Source of the DNA: Podarcis pityusensis
Lineage: Eukaryota
Assembly: GCA_964106645.2 (NCBI GenBank)
Contig: OZ067038.1
Length of the DNA: 64,000 nt
Reading direction: 5' to 3' (one strand)
The notes under the pieces are model-generated. The model did not search any database and had not been told where the DNA came from. It saw only the letters and a list, made by a program, of their open reading frames with translations. A program made the position numbers and the translations under genes. This document shows, in pieces, positions 26,420 to 38,881 of this stretch. The first letter of the stretch is position 1. Every line of letters begins with the position of its first letter.

Positions 26420-28340
26420 GGATTCAGGAGAGACTTTGCAGCTTGTGGCCATCAGTGAAACACCAATTGCACCTTGAGTCCACCTGGAAGAATTGAACAG
26501 GATTGCTTTTTAGCCGAGCGTGGCTAGGGGCTTCTTGAGGAGAGAAGGAGAAATGGACATGCCTGGCACTTGCTCAAAAACTCTCTGGACATTATTTTCT
26601 ATTTGAAATGACCCCAACCTTCAGCTAATGGAATATTGGCCCTTCCAGAGAATCCCCCGCTGCTGCTGCTGCGCACTGCACAAGGGTTGCCAATTGACCT
26701 CTGTGCTGCTGCTGTTTCCACTTCCCCCAGCCCCTGGCTGTTATTAGCAGAATATGTTTGAGGGGAGAAGGAAGCTGTGTTTGAAACTCTTCCAAGGGAA
26801 ATGGCAGTAAACAGGGGAATGGTGGGGAATCCCCAGGACCTAGACTGTCTTCTAGAACAGGGGGAAGTTCCGATTTTGGCACAAGGTTATTCTTACTGGC
26901 CGTGCCTTGAACCAATGTGATATAATTAGATCCCTTTTTGAGAGCAGCGACTTTAAAGCCTCCATCTGTAGCAAGCCGCGAAGGATCAAGGCATGCTTGG
27001 GTGGGCCTGGGCAAGATATTTGCAGTATTATGCAAATATGCTGGACAGCTGGGGAAACGTACATTTCTTACCCTGACACACACACCCTGAACCATGGGTT
27101 GATGCTGTTGAGAAGAGAGCATCTTCAGTTGAGGAATGAAGAGGTTATTGGGCCTGCTGTTGCCTCGTCTCCTTGTTGCCCTCTTGGTTTCCCTTTCAGA
27201 CCTTTATGGAAACTGCTAACAAAACGGGGCAGTGGCCGCTCAGTCCACTGGCTCTGTTGCTGTTTGTGCAACCACTGCTGTTGCTGACCTCCCTTCCCCA
27301 GCGAGATCTACCTGAATATCATGGCCCCATCTGTGGTGCATGTGGGGAAAGGAAGTAGTTTCAAGGAAAGTGGCTTCCCCTTGTCGAAGCTTCACTGCTG
27401 CCCCTTTGCTCCTTCTAGCCCAGCATTCTGGGTTTCTTTCTTTCTTAAATGACTCCAGTTACAGTTCTGCTGGTGTAGATGAAGAACAGGAGAAGAGGAA
27501 AGTGCTCTCTTCCATCCCACAATGCTGCTTTGATGTTCAGGACAGAAGGTATCCTGCCACAAAGCCCCCTCTTGCTTCTGCATGCCTTTCCCCCCTGCCT
27601 TGGTTTATGTTCTTCTGTTGGAAGAAGAATCTCCTCATCACACTGGGAAACTCAATCCACGTGAAGCAGTGCTTGCTGTTGTAACCATTTTACATTTACC
27701 TTGCATGATAGTTGCTGTTGCAGCTGTGGGTTCATCTGAAGACTTGCATCGTGCCCGTTGTACATTCTGTTAAGGTAGCAAGTCTGTCTAATCGCTCTTC
27801 ACTGGGAAATCAACCACTAAGAGTACACTGGAATGATGACTTTGGTTTCAATAAGATGCTCTTGCTAGAGAGAGAGATGAGGTTTATCAGGGTAGCTTGA
27901 GGACCCACTTTACGATGGAGCAACATCTTGCCTATTTCCATATCTGCATATTCATTAGTGCAATTGACCTGCTTTCCCCTTGCACACTTCCCCAAGAAGG
28001 TAAATGGCTGCATGGGCTTACTGGAAATCTCTTCCCCGCCCCCTTGGGTCTGCTCCACTTCTCATTTTTTGCTCCCTGGGTTCTGAAAATGCACTGATGT
28101 TTTAACTTCGATTATTGCAAATTTGTCTTAAAGTGCTCCTTTCCAAGGCCAGGAGTTTGCAGAGCTTTGGTTTGGCCTGGTGTGCTCTCGACTGGAAGAG
28201 GGTTCTCTTCTTGGACTGTCTGTGTACTTTGAGTTAAAACGGTAGTATTAATGAGCTTTGTTGTGGCCAGGGTTGGGCCTCTGCTGTGTGTAGGGGTCCA
28301 AAGGGGAGTGATATGGATTCTCTCCCTCCCACCCCAAGTG

Positions 28341-28346
28341 AATAAA
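28341..28346 (+). terminator. Probable ARFGAP2 polyadenylation signal (3' UTR of about 1.9 kb)
   Basis: AATAAA followed by a GT-rich element (gtgtgtgttcc, about 28356-28366). Confidence 0.6.
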
Positions 28347-29476
28347 ATCAAATACGTGTGTGTTCCATTTCTGTGACTTCCTTTTTTTAATTCAGATGTA
28401 GCTGATGGACCCCAGGGACACTGGGGCAGGCAGAGCTACTCCCTTTTCTATGCCATGGGCTAGGAAGGGAAGTTAGCAGACTTCAGGTGAGGTGTGAAGA
28501 GGACACAGTCTGGGTATGAAAGCAGCCTTAAAGGATTACCAATTTGTGTTGATTTTTTCTTTATGAAAAATGAGCTGATTTGAAACACCGTCTGATTAAT
28601 ACACTGTTTTTTAAAAAACCTTTGTACCTTCCCTAGGAAGACACTTACCAATAATTCAGTGGAGTTTTGAGCAGTATTGTCACCTTTCGCATTCCCTCAA
28701 GGTTGTAATGAATCTCAGACACATTACTTGCCTTTTACAACATGCTTTATTTACTATATATTATACTTTGTTTGCAGGAAAGTTTAAAGCTTTGCAAATT
28801 AATAAATAATGCCCTACTCCTTTCTCCTACAATGGAGCCCAGTAAGCATTTGAAAATGCTCATCGGCAATGGCCATCCCACAAAGTATGGAAGCTTAGCC
28901 CCAAATTTCAAATCTGGTGACTTAACTGGGGTCATGTCTTACTAACTTGTTTGAATTTTGAAGTGAAACTTGGAAGGTATTGGAATAGCTAACCGACTAG
29001 CAGATAGGGCATATACAGGAGGAGAAAGTAAAATAAATCTCGTGAGGACAAGAAGAGTGCTTTGAGTTACAGGCTTCATCTTGTATATTTCCTATCCTTG
29101 GATGAGGATGAAAATGTTTCACAGTGCATAGTTTTGGGATTAGAATTGATTCTTGCCCTAGTGCTAGAATGTTTCTACTAATTTGACTTATCCTGCCACC
29201 AGAGGGCAGTCCAACCCTGCAGCTGATGTCAGCTTTCATGGCCTAGCCATCCAATTTCTCTGCCAGTATGAGGAGAAAACAACAGTTTTTGTTAGAATGG
29301 GGTGTGCCTTGCTGAGAGGGAGCTCTGAGCTATAATACTGATAAAGAGTAAAAAGGAGTAGGTCACACGTTGAGATTGTGGAGGAAGGTGCTTAAACAGC
29401 TATGTTTCATCAACGCCTACATGGCTTCAGTTACAAGGGCTGGAAATAAGCTTGTCCTCCCATGCATATCTATCCA

Positions 29477-29657
29477 TCAGTTCTCAGAGGAATCTGTCTC
29501 TTCGGTGGAGCCGTCGCTTTCCGCATCCATTTTCCGGCGGTGGAGGAGAGGCCTCCAAGGGGAGCTGAGTCGGAGAGAGGGGCGGGAAGGTACATTGGTC
29601 GCATCCCCGCTGGCAGGGTTGGAATTGGAAAGGGAGAGCCCGGAAACCTGAGCTACC
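29477..29657 (-). CDS. CSTPP1: CSTPP1 terminal exon, coding part (VAQVSGLS...SPWRPLLHRRKMDAESDGSTEETDSSEN*)
   Basis: Acceptor ttgcag|; stop TGA at 29479-29477. Confidence 0.93.
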
Positions 29658-32600
29658 CTGCAAGAAGAAAAATGGGGCTGAGAGATTTGTCATTGCAGAA
29701 TCTTGTGCACTAGTACATGGGGGAAGGGATGTGGCTCGCAAGTTGCCGTCAAGAGGGCTCCTCTGCCGCATGGAAGACTTTATGTTTGCAACAAGCCAAG
29801 AGCTTCCTCTGCTGGCATTTAGTTTCCACTTCCTAAACTGCTCTTGTTTAAGTGACAGGACTCTTGACTTGCACAGCTAAGACACAGCTTAGTTAGAAGC
29901 CTCTGGGTCTCTCTTAAGGTGGCTAGCCAAACTGCTGTGTGAGACACCTTTTGCACTCTTGCACAGGTGCTGTTTGTTGGGATTAGACTTGGGCTGGAAA
30001 GTCTTCCAGTCCTCCATGTCAATTAGCAGTAACTGCTTAAAAAGGCAATTTGCCGTCTCATCAACTGCACCACTGAGCTGAGACGGATCCAAAGAGGAGT
30101 CCTGCTGCATAACCTGTGCCTGTAGCTCAGGGGCAAAATGCATGTTTTTTAAATGGAAGGTGTCGGGTTCAGTCCCCGGTATCTGCAGACAGGGGTGGAA
30201 ATGTCCTTGAAGGAAGAGGCACTGCAGAGTAGACTACTGAGCTAGAGGGACATGTTGCCTGACTCTGCTTTCTCCGCTGGAAAGGGACTTACAGTTTCTC
30301 CAGTTCCTGATCCATATGTGGGTCAAGCAGCAGATCTGCCTTATCTGGGAGAGCACCTGGAGGAGAAAAAAAGCAACAAGGTGAAGATCAGCCTGACACT
30401 TCAGCAAAAACTGCTGTCATCCATATGCCATAAGAACTTGACAACTTCTATGCCCATTGTGTGTGTGTGCTTTTCAGCTGAACACTTAAGTTCATAATGC
30501 AAAATAGAGCCTTCTGCAGAGTGGATGATGCATCCCTTTGAGAACATGCAGTTAAGTCAAGGCGATGCTGGTCAATCTCTTTCCCAAAACAATGGGATTT
30601 GCGGGTACTCTTTTTTTTTTTAATGATATTTATTAAAAGTTTAACAATTTAACAATTGTAATTCTTAAAATAATAGATTTGTGGATACTCAGTTATGTTA
30701 ACTGATTACCTTTTACATGCTCTATTGCTTGTTTTCTTGCTTAGAAGGAGCTACATGATCTCGGCCACTTGCAACAAGGGTGCCTATGCAGCTGTTGTCT
30801 TCTGAGGGATGCCTCATAGAAAATCTAACACATAAACCCACTGAGGTGTCTGGAGGGGGGAGCTGAAAGCAAGCACCCTTGCTGCTGTCTTTCCATTGTG
30901 TCTTCACAGAAATTGCGCAATTGTGTAGAATGAAATCCTGATGGCCTGCTTCCTTGCTGCAAAGCAGTATTGATAGGAGACAACTTGGGGTGGAGAAAAA
31001 ATGCCTTAACCCTTTTTGCTTCCCACAATGTACTGGAGGCATGTTTGCAAGATGTAGTGGCTTGGGGTGGGAGCTAAGCTGGGAGAGCCGCTAAACTAGA
31101 TGGACCAATGGTCTGACCACAGGAAGGCAACTTCCTGTGTTCTCTGACACTACAAGAAATGGGGTTCTTCAGCACTCCTGGCAGAAGCCTGCAGCAGCCA
31201 AGAAAATGCTCCCGCCTGCCGCCAGCCTTCCACAGCCTCAATTAGCTGAACCCAGCCAAATGCTGGTCATCTTCCTGCATGTGTAAGAAAGTCTCCTGGG
31301 ACGCTTGAATCTCTTGGGAGAGTCAATAGGCAGCACTTAGAGGACTGGTGAATCAATATTGACGTGAGGCTGGGCGTTGCCATCTGCCTGAGAAACTCAT
31401 CCGCTGTGCTCTAATCCCTGTCTCTCGTCATGGCAGGGCTGCCGCCTCTCCAAGGCCCCTGCCTGAAAGCGCCTCCCAGCCCTCGCCTGGAACTGCCCTC
31501 GCTGCAGGGCTCTGGGGAGCCTGTGATCCCCTGCAGACCAAAGCCTATTCAAATCAGCCTGCGTGCAGGGAAGATGAAAAGGCACCAGGAGAAGAATCCG
31601 GCTTCCCTTGCCAAGACGAGAGCACCTGTTCGACTTGCGGCTGCTGCCCCTCCCTGTGAGAGGCCTCGGCAGGAAGCTGGCAGGAGGCCAGAGGCCAGGC
31701 CTTCCTTAATGGAAGGGAAAACCCAGGCACTTTGTGCATGGCACAGCGATGGCAGTGGGCAGGGCTTACTCAGCCCATATGTTGGCTTTGCACCTTTACT
31801 GGAAAGTGGCTTTTGCAGACCTGGCTGGGCACAGTCCAGGCACCCTCTTCCTCCTGTGAATGGATGGATGTCTCCCTAAGCCTGTTTGCAGAGGGGATTG
31901 CAGGCTTGTATGCTCTGTCCCCTTTGATATATAATCTCCTTGCTGCTGGGTAAACAGCCCTGCACCAGGATAGCATTAGCAGCTCAGATGGCTGGCTGAG
32001 GCACAGGGAGGGAGAGAGCAGCGCTGGCTGTGTGTGACTTAGACCCTCGGCTGGCGGCTCACACGGGCCAGAAAACAAGAGAGGGCAGAGGGACAGAGAA
32101 GCAGCTTCGTACAGGGACTTGCAATGGGTTGAAGATACTCAGAAGTCACTAGTACTAGTCACTAGGTACCACTGTATAGGACAGAACCCAACAATAGCTA
32201 GAAATTTAGCACAAAGGAATACATGAGATTAAATGTGAAATCTGATGGGCTCACTTTAGCCAATCATAATTCATTTGATCCAGTGCAGGCCACAAAGGAT
32301 TGGGCCAAGAATTAAACAATTAATTTAAGAACCACTTCTCTCATTTTGCAGAAACAAATCAACAAATGTATACTCAGCAGACGGTTGCAGCCAGTCACAG
32401 CTGCCTGACAAGGGAAACCGGTATGAAACCCATGTTTCCAAACACGCATCTGCCACAGTCACACTTTACAACTAAAAGATAATGCATGATGTGGTCTTTG
32501 GGCAACTGGAAGGAATTAAAGCAGTTTAAATGAAGGGTTTTTCTTTATTTTTTTGTACTGTCCCGCTTGCCTTTCTTGACTGATTCATTCCAAGTTTCTT

Positions 32601-35600
32601 TACTCCAAAGGGACCTTTCTAAAATGCTCCTACATTTTTCTTCTGGTATATTTGGTCACGGCAAAGGCATCTTTCTCAGTGGTCACTTTAAAACCCGCTG
32701 TCAACTTCCCTAGACCACATCATTGCAGGGGAGAGGGAAGAAACAGGGTGGGACTTTTCTTTACCAAGGGCTCTGTTGATCCCATGATGCTTTGCAAGAG
32801 CCATCAGAAATCCATAGAAGGTCAGTCTCTGCACACTGCTCAGAACTTCCTTCACAATAGCAGATGGGGGACAGCTAGGCAAACGAGAGGAACACAGGAA
32901 GAAATTGTGCTGGGTCAGTTTCAGCAATTTCAGCTTATGGATGGAGGGATGGATCAGGTGTCACTTTGCAACATGAAGCTGTCTTTTAAAAGTACGCAGG
33001 AGGAAATAATCTCCCCATAACTCCCTCCTCCTCTGGCCATGTGTGAATTGGGCTGCACCCCCTTGCCTCAAGGGATTTTGGTGGGAGCTGCCGCCTGGCA
33101 TGTTACCATTAAGGGAAGACTCCTTCCACCATAGGCTTGACAGGATCCAGTCACTTAGTCCCCTTCCCTTGCCTCAGGGGAGGACCGCTGCCTGCTATGG
33201 CATCAAGGAAGAAGGACAAGGACAGGAAATGATGCCTGGACGAGCCTGGCTCTGTGTGGACCCTGTACAATTCCTGCTTCTGTACTCGATTTGAGAATCT
33301 TCTGTGAGCTGCTTTGAGAGTGTCTTGGGGCTATAAAGCAGGGTATGAATAAATAATCAATCTCCACAGGCAACCATGATTGCCTTTTAATGTGAGGAGG
33401 TGAAGGGCATTTCCCAACAACTTTGACCAGCAGGTACTGCAATCCATTTCTGTCAGCGCTGGCATAGCTCTCCTACTGAAGGAAGGATACTGTCAGCACT
33501 GTTTCTTTTGAGAAATGGGCCCTATTTCACGCTCAGTCTGAAATGCCCTAGATGGGCCTGAGAATACTGGGGTACTCTTAAGTCAAAAGACCACTTCCCT
33601 CTAGCAGAACTCAGAGTTAAGAGGAGGCTCAAAACGTGCTCACTTGTTACAGGGAAAACTGCCTTTTTGCAGTTGTGTGCTCCTCGAGAAGCTGGTATCA
33701 TAATTTCTGTCACCCATCTAACTATCAGTGGTATTTAGCTGTGCTAGTTTCAGAGAGCAGAGAGGCAGCATTGGGCTAAGGATACAGGGCAACTTGCCAC
33801 ATCTCAGTTCCTAGATGTGACGAGTGTCTTTGCCTCGACTTCAGGGAGCCCCTCCCCTCCCTGCAAGGTAGGAAAGATGAACCATGGTTTATTCATGTTA
33901 GCCGGTCACAAGCCTTACCTGTATTTGGACCTGTCACACAGAGACTCAAGGCACTGGTAAAATGCAGATGCCTCCACCCCATCGAGCGGGCTGCACTCAC
34001 TTAGAGTCTGGCGCGAACGATGCTGCCCAGAGGATGACGTAGGCACAATGACAGTGTTTGGGTTCTTGCCCGTCAAGAGCTCTTGATAGATGGCAGCCAT
34101 GCTTTCAATAAACTCTGTAAAAACAGAAAGGCAACTTAGAAATCATGGTTATTGGCACACATGGGAATTCTCCAGGCTTGGGGACATGTGTAGCAAATCG
34201 ATCCCATTCTTCCTCCTGCAGTTACTTATGCATGATACTGACAAAGAAGCCTTAGAGCATGCAATACTGTGATTTTACCTGTGTTACTATGTGAGGAGGT
34301 GACCCAAAAGGCCTTAGTGCAGGGGACGTCAACATGGTCCCCTTCACATGGTTTTGGACTAATACTATGGTATGTATTTTTGTGTTTTCATATTGTAAAC
34401 TGCCTTGTGATCCTCGGATGAAGGGTGGTCTAGAATTGTTAAAAAAAAAAAAGCAGCCCCATCATCCCTGGCCGTTGGCCATGCTGGCTGGGGCTGGTGG
34501 GTGCTGTAGCCCACAACATCTGGGAGGAAATCACACTGGCAACCTCTGTGCCGTAGTGACACAGCCTAGCACTTAGCCTTTTCAGGATGGGACAGGAAAG
34601 CCACAAGAGGATTTCACAGGGCCACCTCTGAAAATCTTGTGGATGAATTGCTGGTCCTGCTCTTTGAGTGTGCTTTTTAAGAAAAATTCCTTCCAACTTT
34701 GATTCTACGAAGGAGAGTGAAAGTCAAGGCCACCCAATCAGACTAGCTTCTTAAACACGCTAACTTCCACGGTCACAGAGATAAACACCACCCAAGTTAG
34801 GAAGAAGCTGTTTGGAATTGTTGGAGGAGGCAAGGGAGTTGGGTCAAGCAGTCTCCAGCCTGCAGCCCAGTGTACTTCAGCACAAATCCAAAGTAAACAC
34901 AATACAGGGTCCAAAGGGAAGGTTAGGGGGAGAAGCTGGCCGAAAGCATTTTCCCCCAGGCTCCAAAGCTTCCCCGCTGTTTACTCCCAGAATCTAAATT
35001 TAAACAAGTTTGTTTATGGACCTGGTCAGCCATTTACAGATGGAGATTCCACACTGAGTGGTTTGCATGCATGTGGACTGGTAGGGTAGCCTGGAAAGCG
35101 GACGTGCGCAGATGAGCATGGAAGTGGTGACCTGTGGTCTGTGTCTGCTGACCTCTACGCACACAACAAAAGCCTGGAAGGCTATGATGCGTCACGAAGA
35201 TGGGTGGCTTTCTAAGGTTATCCTGAAGGTCCAGAGTTTAGAGCAGCTTTCAGAACATGCTGCATACTTGAAATAGACCCCATTCACGCAGGAGAGAGTG
35301 ACAGAGAGGGGTTCATTATCTGCTGTGCATTTGGATTCCATCCCTGCCCAGAGATAAACAACAGAGAGGCATGTCGTAAGGATGAAGCAGGACAAGGAAT
35401 TTAGCACACGATTCCATCTCTCAGAAGCAATAAAATGTAAACAGGCATTTCCACACGGTTACCATGAATATACACTGTCCCCAAATTTCAGGGTTTTTCC
35501 CCCTGACAGGTGCTAGAGTCTTCACTCAGACCCATTCTCTCGCTGGTTACTATTAGAAAGGAAACTGCTTTCCAGAAATAAAATACTTGGGGCTGCTTCA

Positions 35601-37313
35601 AGCATTTTGAATTTGCTACATGTAAAGGGTTTTTGTGAAGATGTGAGAAAACCATGTACATGATGCCTATTTGCAGTTGTGCTGGTTGTATATTGATATT
35701 TTTCTTCTCCAGGTGTTTTGGGTTACAATGCAATCTGAGGCAGCATGGCCAGTGTTCAGGTATGGTGGGTGCACCTATCACTGGAGGTTTGTTCACAACA
35801 GATTTCTGATGGGGTTACACAGAATCAGGTGTGTGGTTTGGGGGTGCTCCTGGGCATAGTGTTATTTATGGAGGTGACCTCAGTGGCTGGGAGTGACTTC
35901 TATCAGTTTGGGTTCAATCACCAACTGCAGCCTTGTCTGGAGAAAGTGGAGCTGGCCCCAGTTACACATGCACTGGTCACATCCAGACTAAACTACTACA
36001 GTGATCTGCATATAGGACTGCCTTTGGAGACAGTCCAGAAACTTCAGCTGCTACAAACTTCAGCTGCCAAAATGCTTGTGGGAGTAGACAGTTTGATCAC
36101 ATCACACTGATTTTGCATCAGTTGCTCTTGCCACCCATTTGTTTCTGGGCTCAGTGGGAAGAACTGGTAGTAACCTTTAAAGCCCTGAACAGTTTAGGAC
36201 CAGATTATTTGAAGTGCTGCCTACACCCATATGAACCTACCCAGGATAAGGACCTCCTACTAAGGTTGGCAAATACCAAAAACAGGGCCTTTTCAGTGTC
36301 AGCTCCACACTTGTAGAAGAACTGCTTCTCCCCTTTTCTTGTCGTCCTTAAGCAGACCCTAAAGACTTCTTTATTTCACTGAGTTTCTTATTTTTCAAGC
36401 TGGACCCCCTGTATATGCTTTTATCTCATGTGTTTTCACAGTGGTACCTTGGGTTAAGTACTTAATTCGTTCCAGAGGTCCGTTCTTAACCTGAAACTGT
36501 TCTTAACCTGAAGCATCACTTTAGCTAATGGGGCCTCCTGCTGCCGCCGTGCCGTCAGAGCACGATTTCTGTTCTCATCCTGAAGCAAAGTTCTTAACCT
36601 GAAGCACTATTTCTGGGTTAGCGGAGTCTGTAACCTGAAGCGTATGTAACCTGAAGTATATGTAACCTGAGGTACCACTGTATTATTTGTCCATTGTTTT
36701 TCAAAAGCCACCTTGTGAGGGCTTGCCTTTAAAGGAGTGGGTAGAAATATATAAAAACCAATAATAATAATAAATATGCAGTGAAATGGATGCAAAGTTC
36801 ACACATGAGGAGGAGCCACATGTACTTTTCATGCTTTAACGTCAGTTTTTTCTGGAAATGAGTTGTGTCCGAAGTGCCTCTCTGGCTCAGGAGTGTGTAG
36901 AATGAGTGACCTTCCCATGCAGTTCTCTATCAGGAGGATCTGCGTCGCAGGACAAGGCTTCCTGGCCTGTGTTGCCCACACTCCTGCCATATTTGTCCTG
37001 TCTAATGTAGCTGTGCAGGAGGACAGGGGCACCATGAGGGCAGGGCCACACTCAGCAGAGTGAAGTGCAGGGCTGCTGGCTTATCACGTTTTGAAGTAAG
37101 TGAAGCAATACATATTACCATGTAAAAAAGGGGGGTGGGCAATGGTGTGAAGCTGCTAAGTCCAGAGTCTACAATCCTAAATGGGTCACTGTAGTAAGAG
37201 AGACAAGGTTAGTAAGAATGGGCTCACCTGAGTAGTAAAACTGGATCTGGAGGGCAAACAGGAAGTCTGAAAAAGACATCAAGCAGTCCACAGCATCATC
37301 CATGAGAACAATC
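29477..37313 (-). CDS. CSTPP1: Centriolar satellite-associated tubulin polyglutamylase complex regulator 1 (C11orf49 orthologue), last five coding exons; 5' part not found in window
   Basis: Minus-strand exons 37313-37228, 34114-33919, 32874-32765, 30356-30293 and 29657-29477 splice in phase. Translation RIVLMDDAVDCLMSFSDFLF...GKNPNTVIVPTSSSGQHR...LTFYGFLMAL...ESDGSTEETDSSEN* matches recalled human C11orf49; convergent position next to ARFGAP2 matches human synteny. Confidence 0.95.
30293..30356 (-). CDS. CSTPP1: CSTPP1 exon (GALPDKADLLLDPHMDQELEKL)
   Basis: Acceptor ctccag|, donor |gtaagt. Confidence 0.94.
32765..32874 (-). CDS. CSTPP1: CSTPP1 exon (CPPSAIVKEVLSSVQRLTFYGFLMALAKHHGINRAL)
   Basis: Acceptor gcctag|, donor |gtaaag. 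Confidence 0.95.
33919..34114 (-). CDS. CSTPP1: CSTPP1 exon (EFIESMAAIYQELLTGKNPNTVIVPTSSSGQHR...LCDRSKY)
   Basis: Acceptor ttacag|, donor |gtaagg. Confidence 0.95.
35865..36400 (+). mobile_element. Decayed L2-clade LINE RT C-terminal fragment
   Basis: HALVTSRLNY...GLP....KLQLLQ..AA and FKALNSLGPDYL...RAFSVSAP. Confidence 0.8.
36439..36680. mobile_element. Tc1/mariner (Tigger/pogo-like) MITE
   Basis: TIRs CAGTGGTACCT...AGGTACCACTG; TA on the right flank. Confidence 0.85.
37228..37313 (-). CDS. CSTPP1: CSTPP1 exon (IVLMDDAVDCLMSFSDFLFALQIQFYYS)
   Basis: Acceptor ttccag| and donor |gtgagc on the minus strand. Confidence 0.95.
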
Positions 37314-37704
37314 CTGGAATGGAGAAGGAGAGACAGATAGCTCAGCAACAACCAGTTGCTATGCCAGGTAACTCTCAGCTGAGGTCAAGTTCACAGGAAG
37401 AGAGCAAGGACTCCTCAGAGTCACAAAATGAACTCACAAAGTAGGTCACAGCCCTTTATAGATTAGAACAGATGCACAAGCTTCCACGGACTGGAATCCT
37501 AGGAATTACCTCTGCCTATTTCCCAAAGCAGGAGATGGGAGGCAGAGCCAAAAGTGGGGCAAAGGCACACCTTTCCTCTCTCTCCACCCAGCAGGCTGCC
37601 AGGGAATGAATGAACAGAGGTCTAAACTGCCAGAGGTCTAAACTGATCACATGTCAAGGGCTTCCTTGTCTTCCATCACTCCATCTGTTTTGGCTCTCTC
37701 CCAG

Positions 37705-37705
<1 letters not shown>

Positions 37706-37746
<41 letters not shown>
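37706..37746. repeat. (CA)n microsatellite
   Basis: About 20 uninterrupted CA units. Confidence 0.97.
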
Positions 37747-37748
<2 letters not shown>

Positions 37749-38733
37749 TTTCCTTCCTCCTGCTCTCTGCGCTCCCACCAACCACACAAATTTAGCTTGA
37801 AGGCTACAGGTTCACCACCTCTGGCTTCAGTTGTTTTGTTATACACTGGCTAAATCTTTAAGGTGCCCTGAGACTGCTTCTCCTAAAACAGACAAGCGTG
37901 GCTATTGGATCTATCTGATTTCATGGTGTGTGGATGCAACATTAGAACCCTGTGGAAATGGAAATGAAACATTGAGAGCTGAGCTGCCTCCAAGAGACTG
38001 GGTGCTTTTAAGGAAGGAGGTTCTTAACTTATTTCACTTGTTCCTAAAAAGGTGGTGATGGAGGGGCTTCTTGACACCTAAACTTTGGAAACCCACAAGT
38101 ATCAGTCCTGCCTTGGCCAGTACGAAATAAAAATGTCATGCATGTAAGATACAGAATCAACATTTTCTGACAGCACAATCTGGAATCCTAAAAGAATGAA
38201 GGACACATTGCCTTCTGCTATCTTGGTTTAGCAATAATGGCCAAGTACTCTACACATAAAGGATAAAATGAAGACAAGATTGCAGCAACAAATTCCTCCT
38301 GTTCTGACCTTGGACAAACACAGCTAATGCTAGCAGGAAAGAAAAGGGCTTTACTGTGCCGATTTATGCTGCTATTCCAAATAGCATTGATATTTATGAA
38401 ACTAGCAGAACAAGATGAAAGCTAAACCTGGGATGCTCCTATGAAGGATTCAGGAAATAATCCTTTTGTTTCCTTCATCTCTCAAGTCTGGGCTGCTCAC
38501 TACTATGAGTAGGGAGAAGGGAGCACTTTGTGGGGAGAGCATTGTTTGGGGCCCCACATCTGTTTAGTGGGTTCTGCAGGGCACATGGAACTATCATTTG
38601 TGTTTTATGCTTCCTACTTGGTGAAAAACACTGGCATGGCTCTTGGTTTGCATCTGTTTGCCAGTTGTTGTCCATATAAAGACTCCATGCACGAAATACA
38701 CGAATGGGAGCTGAACTTGAGAATGGATAGACA

Positions 38734-38881
38734 AGAATCATAGAACTGTAGAGTTGGAAGGGGCCACTAGGGCTAGCTAGTCCAACCCCCTACAATGCAG
38801 GAATCCTTTGCCCAATGTGGGGCTCAAACCCACAACTCTGAGATTAAGAGTCTCATGCTGTACCAGCTCAGCCATCCCAGC
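38734..38881 (-). mobile_element. tRNA-Lys-derived SINE with CR1-like tail
   Basis: Reverse-complement homologue of 47451-47595. Confidence 0.8.

Noticed and set aside
26625-27684. ORFs of 114-165 aa after the ARFGAP2 stop
   Set aside because: Within the inferred 3' UTR, with no recognisable homology or splice support.
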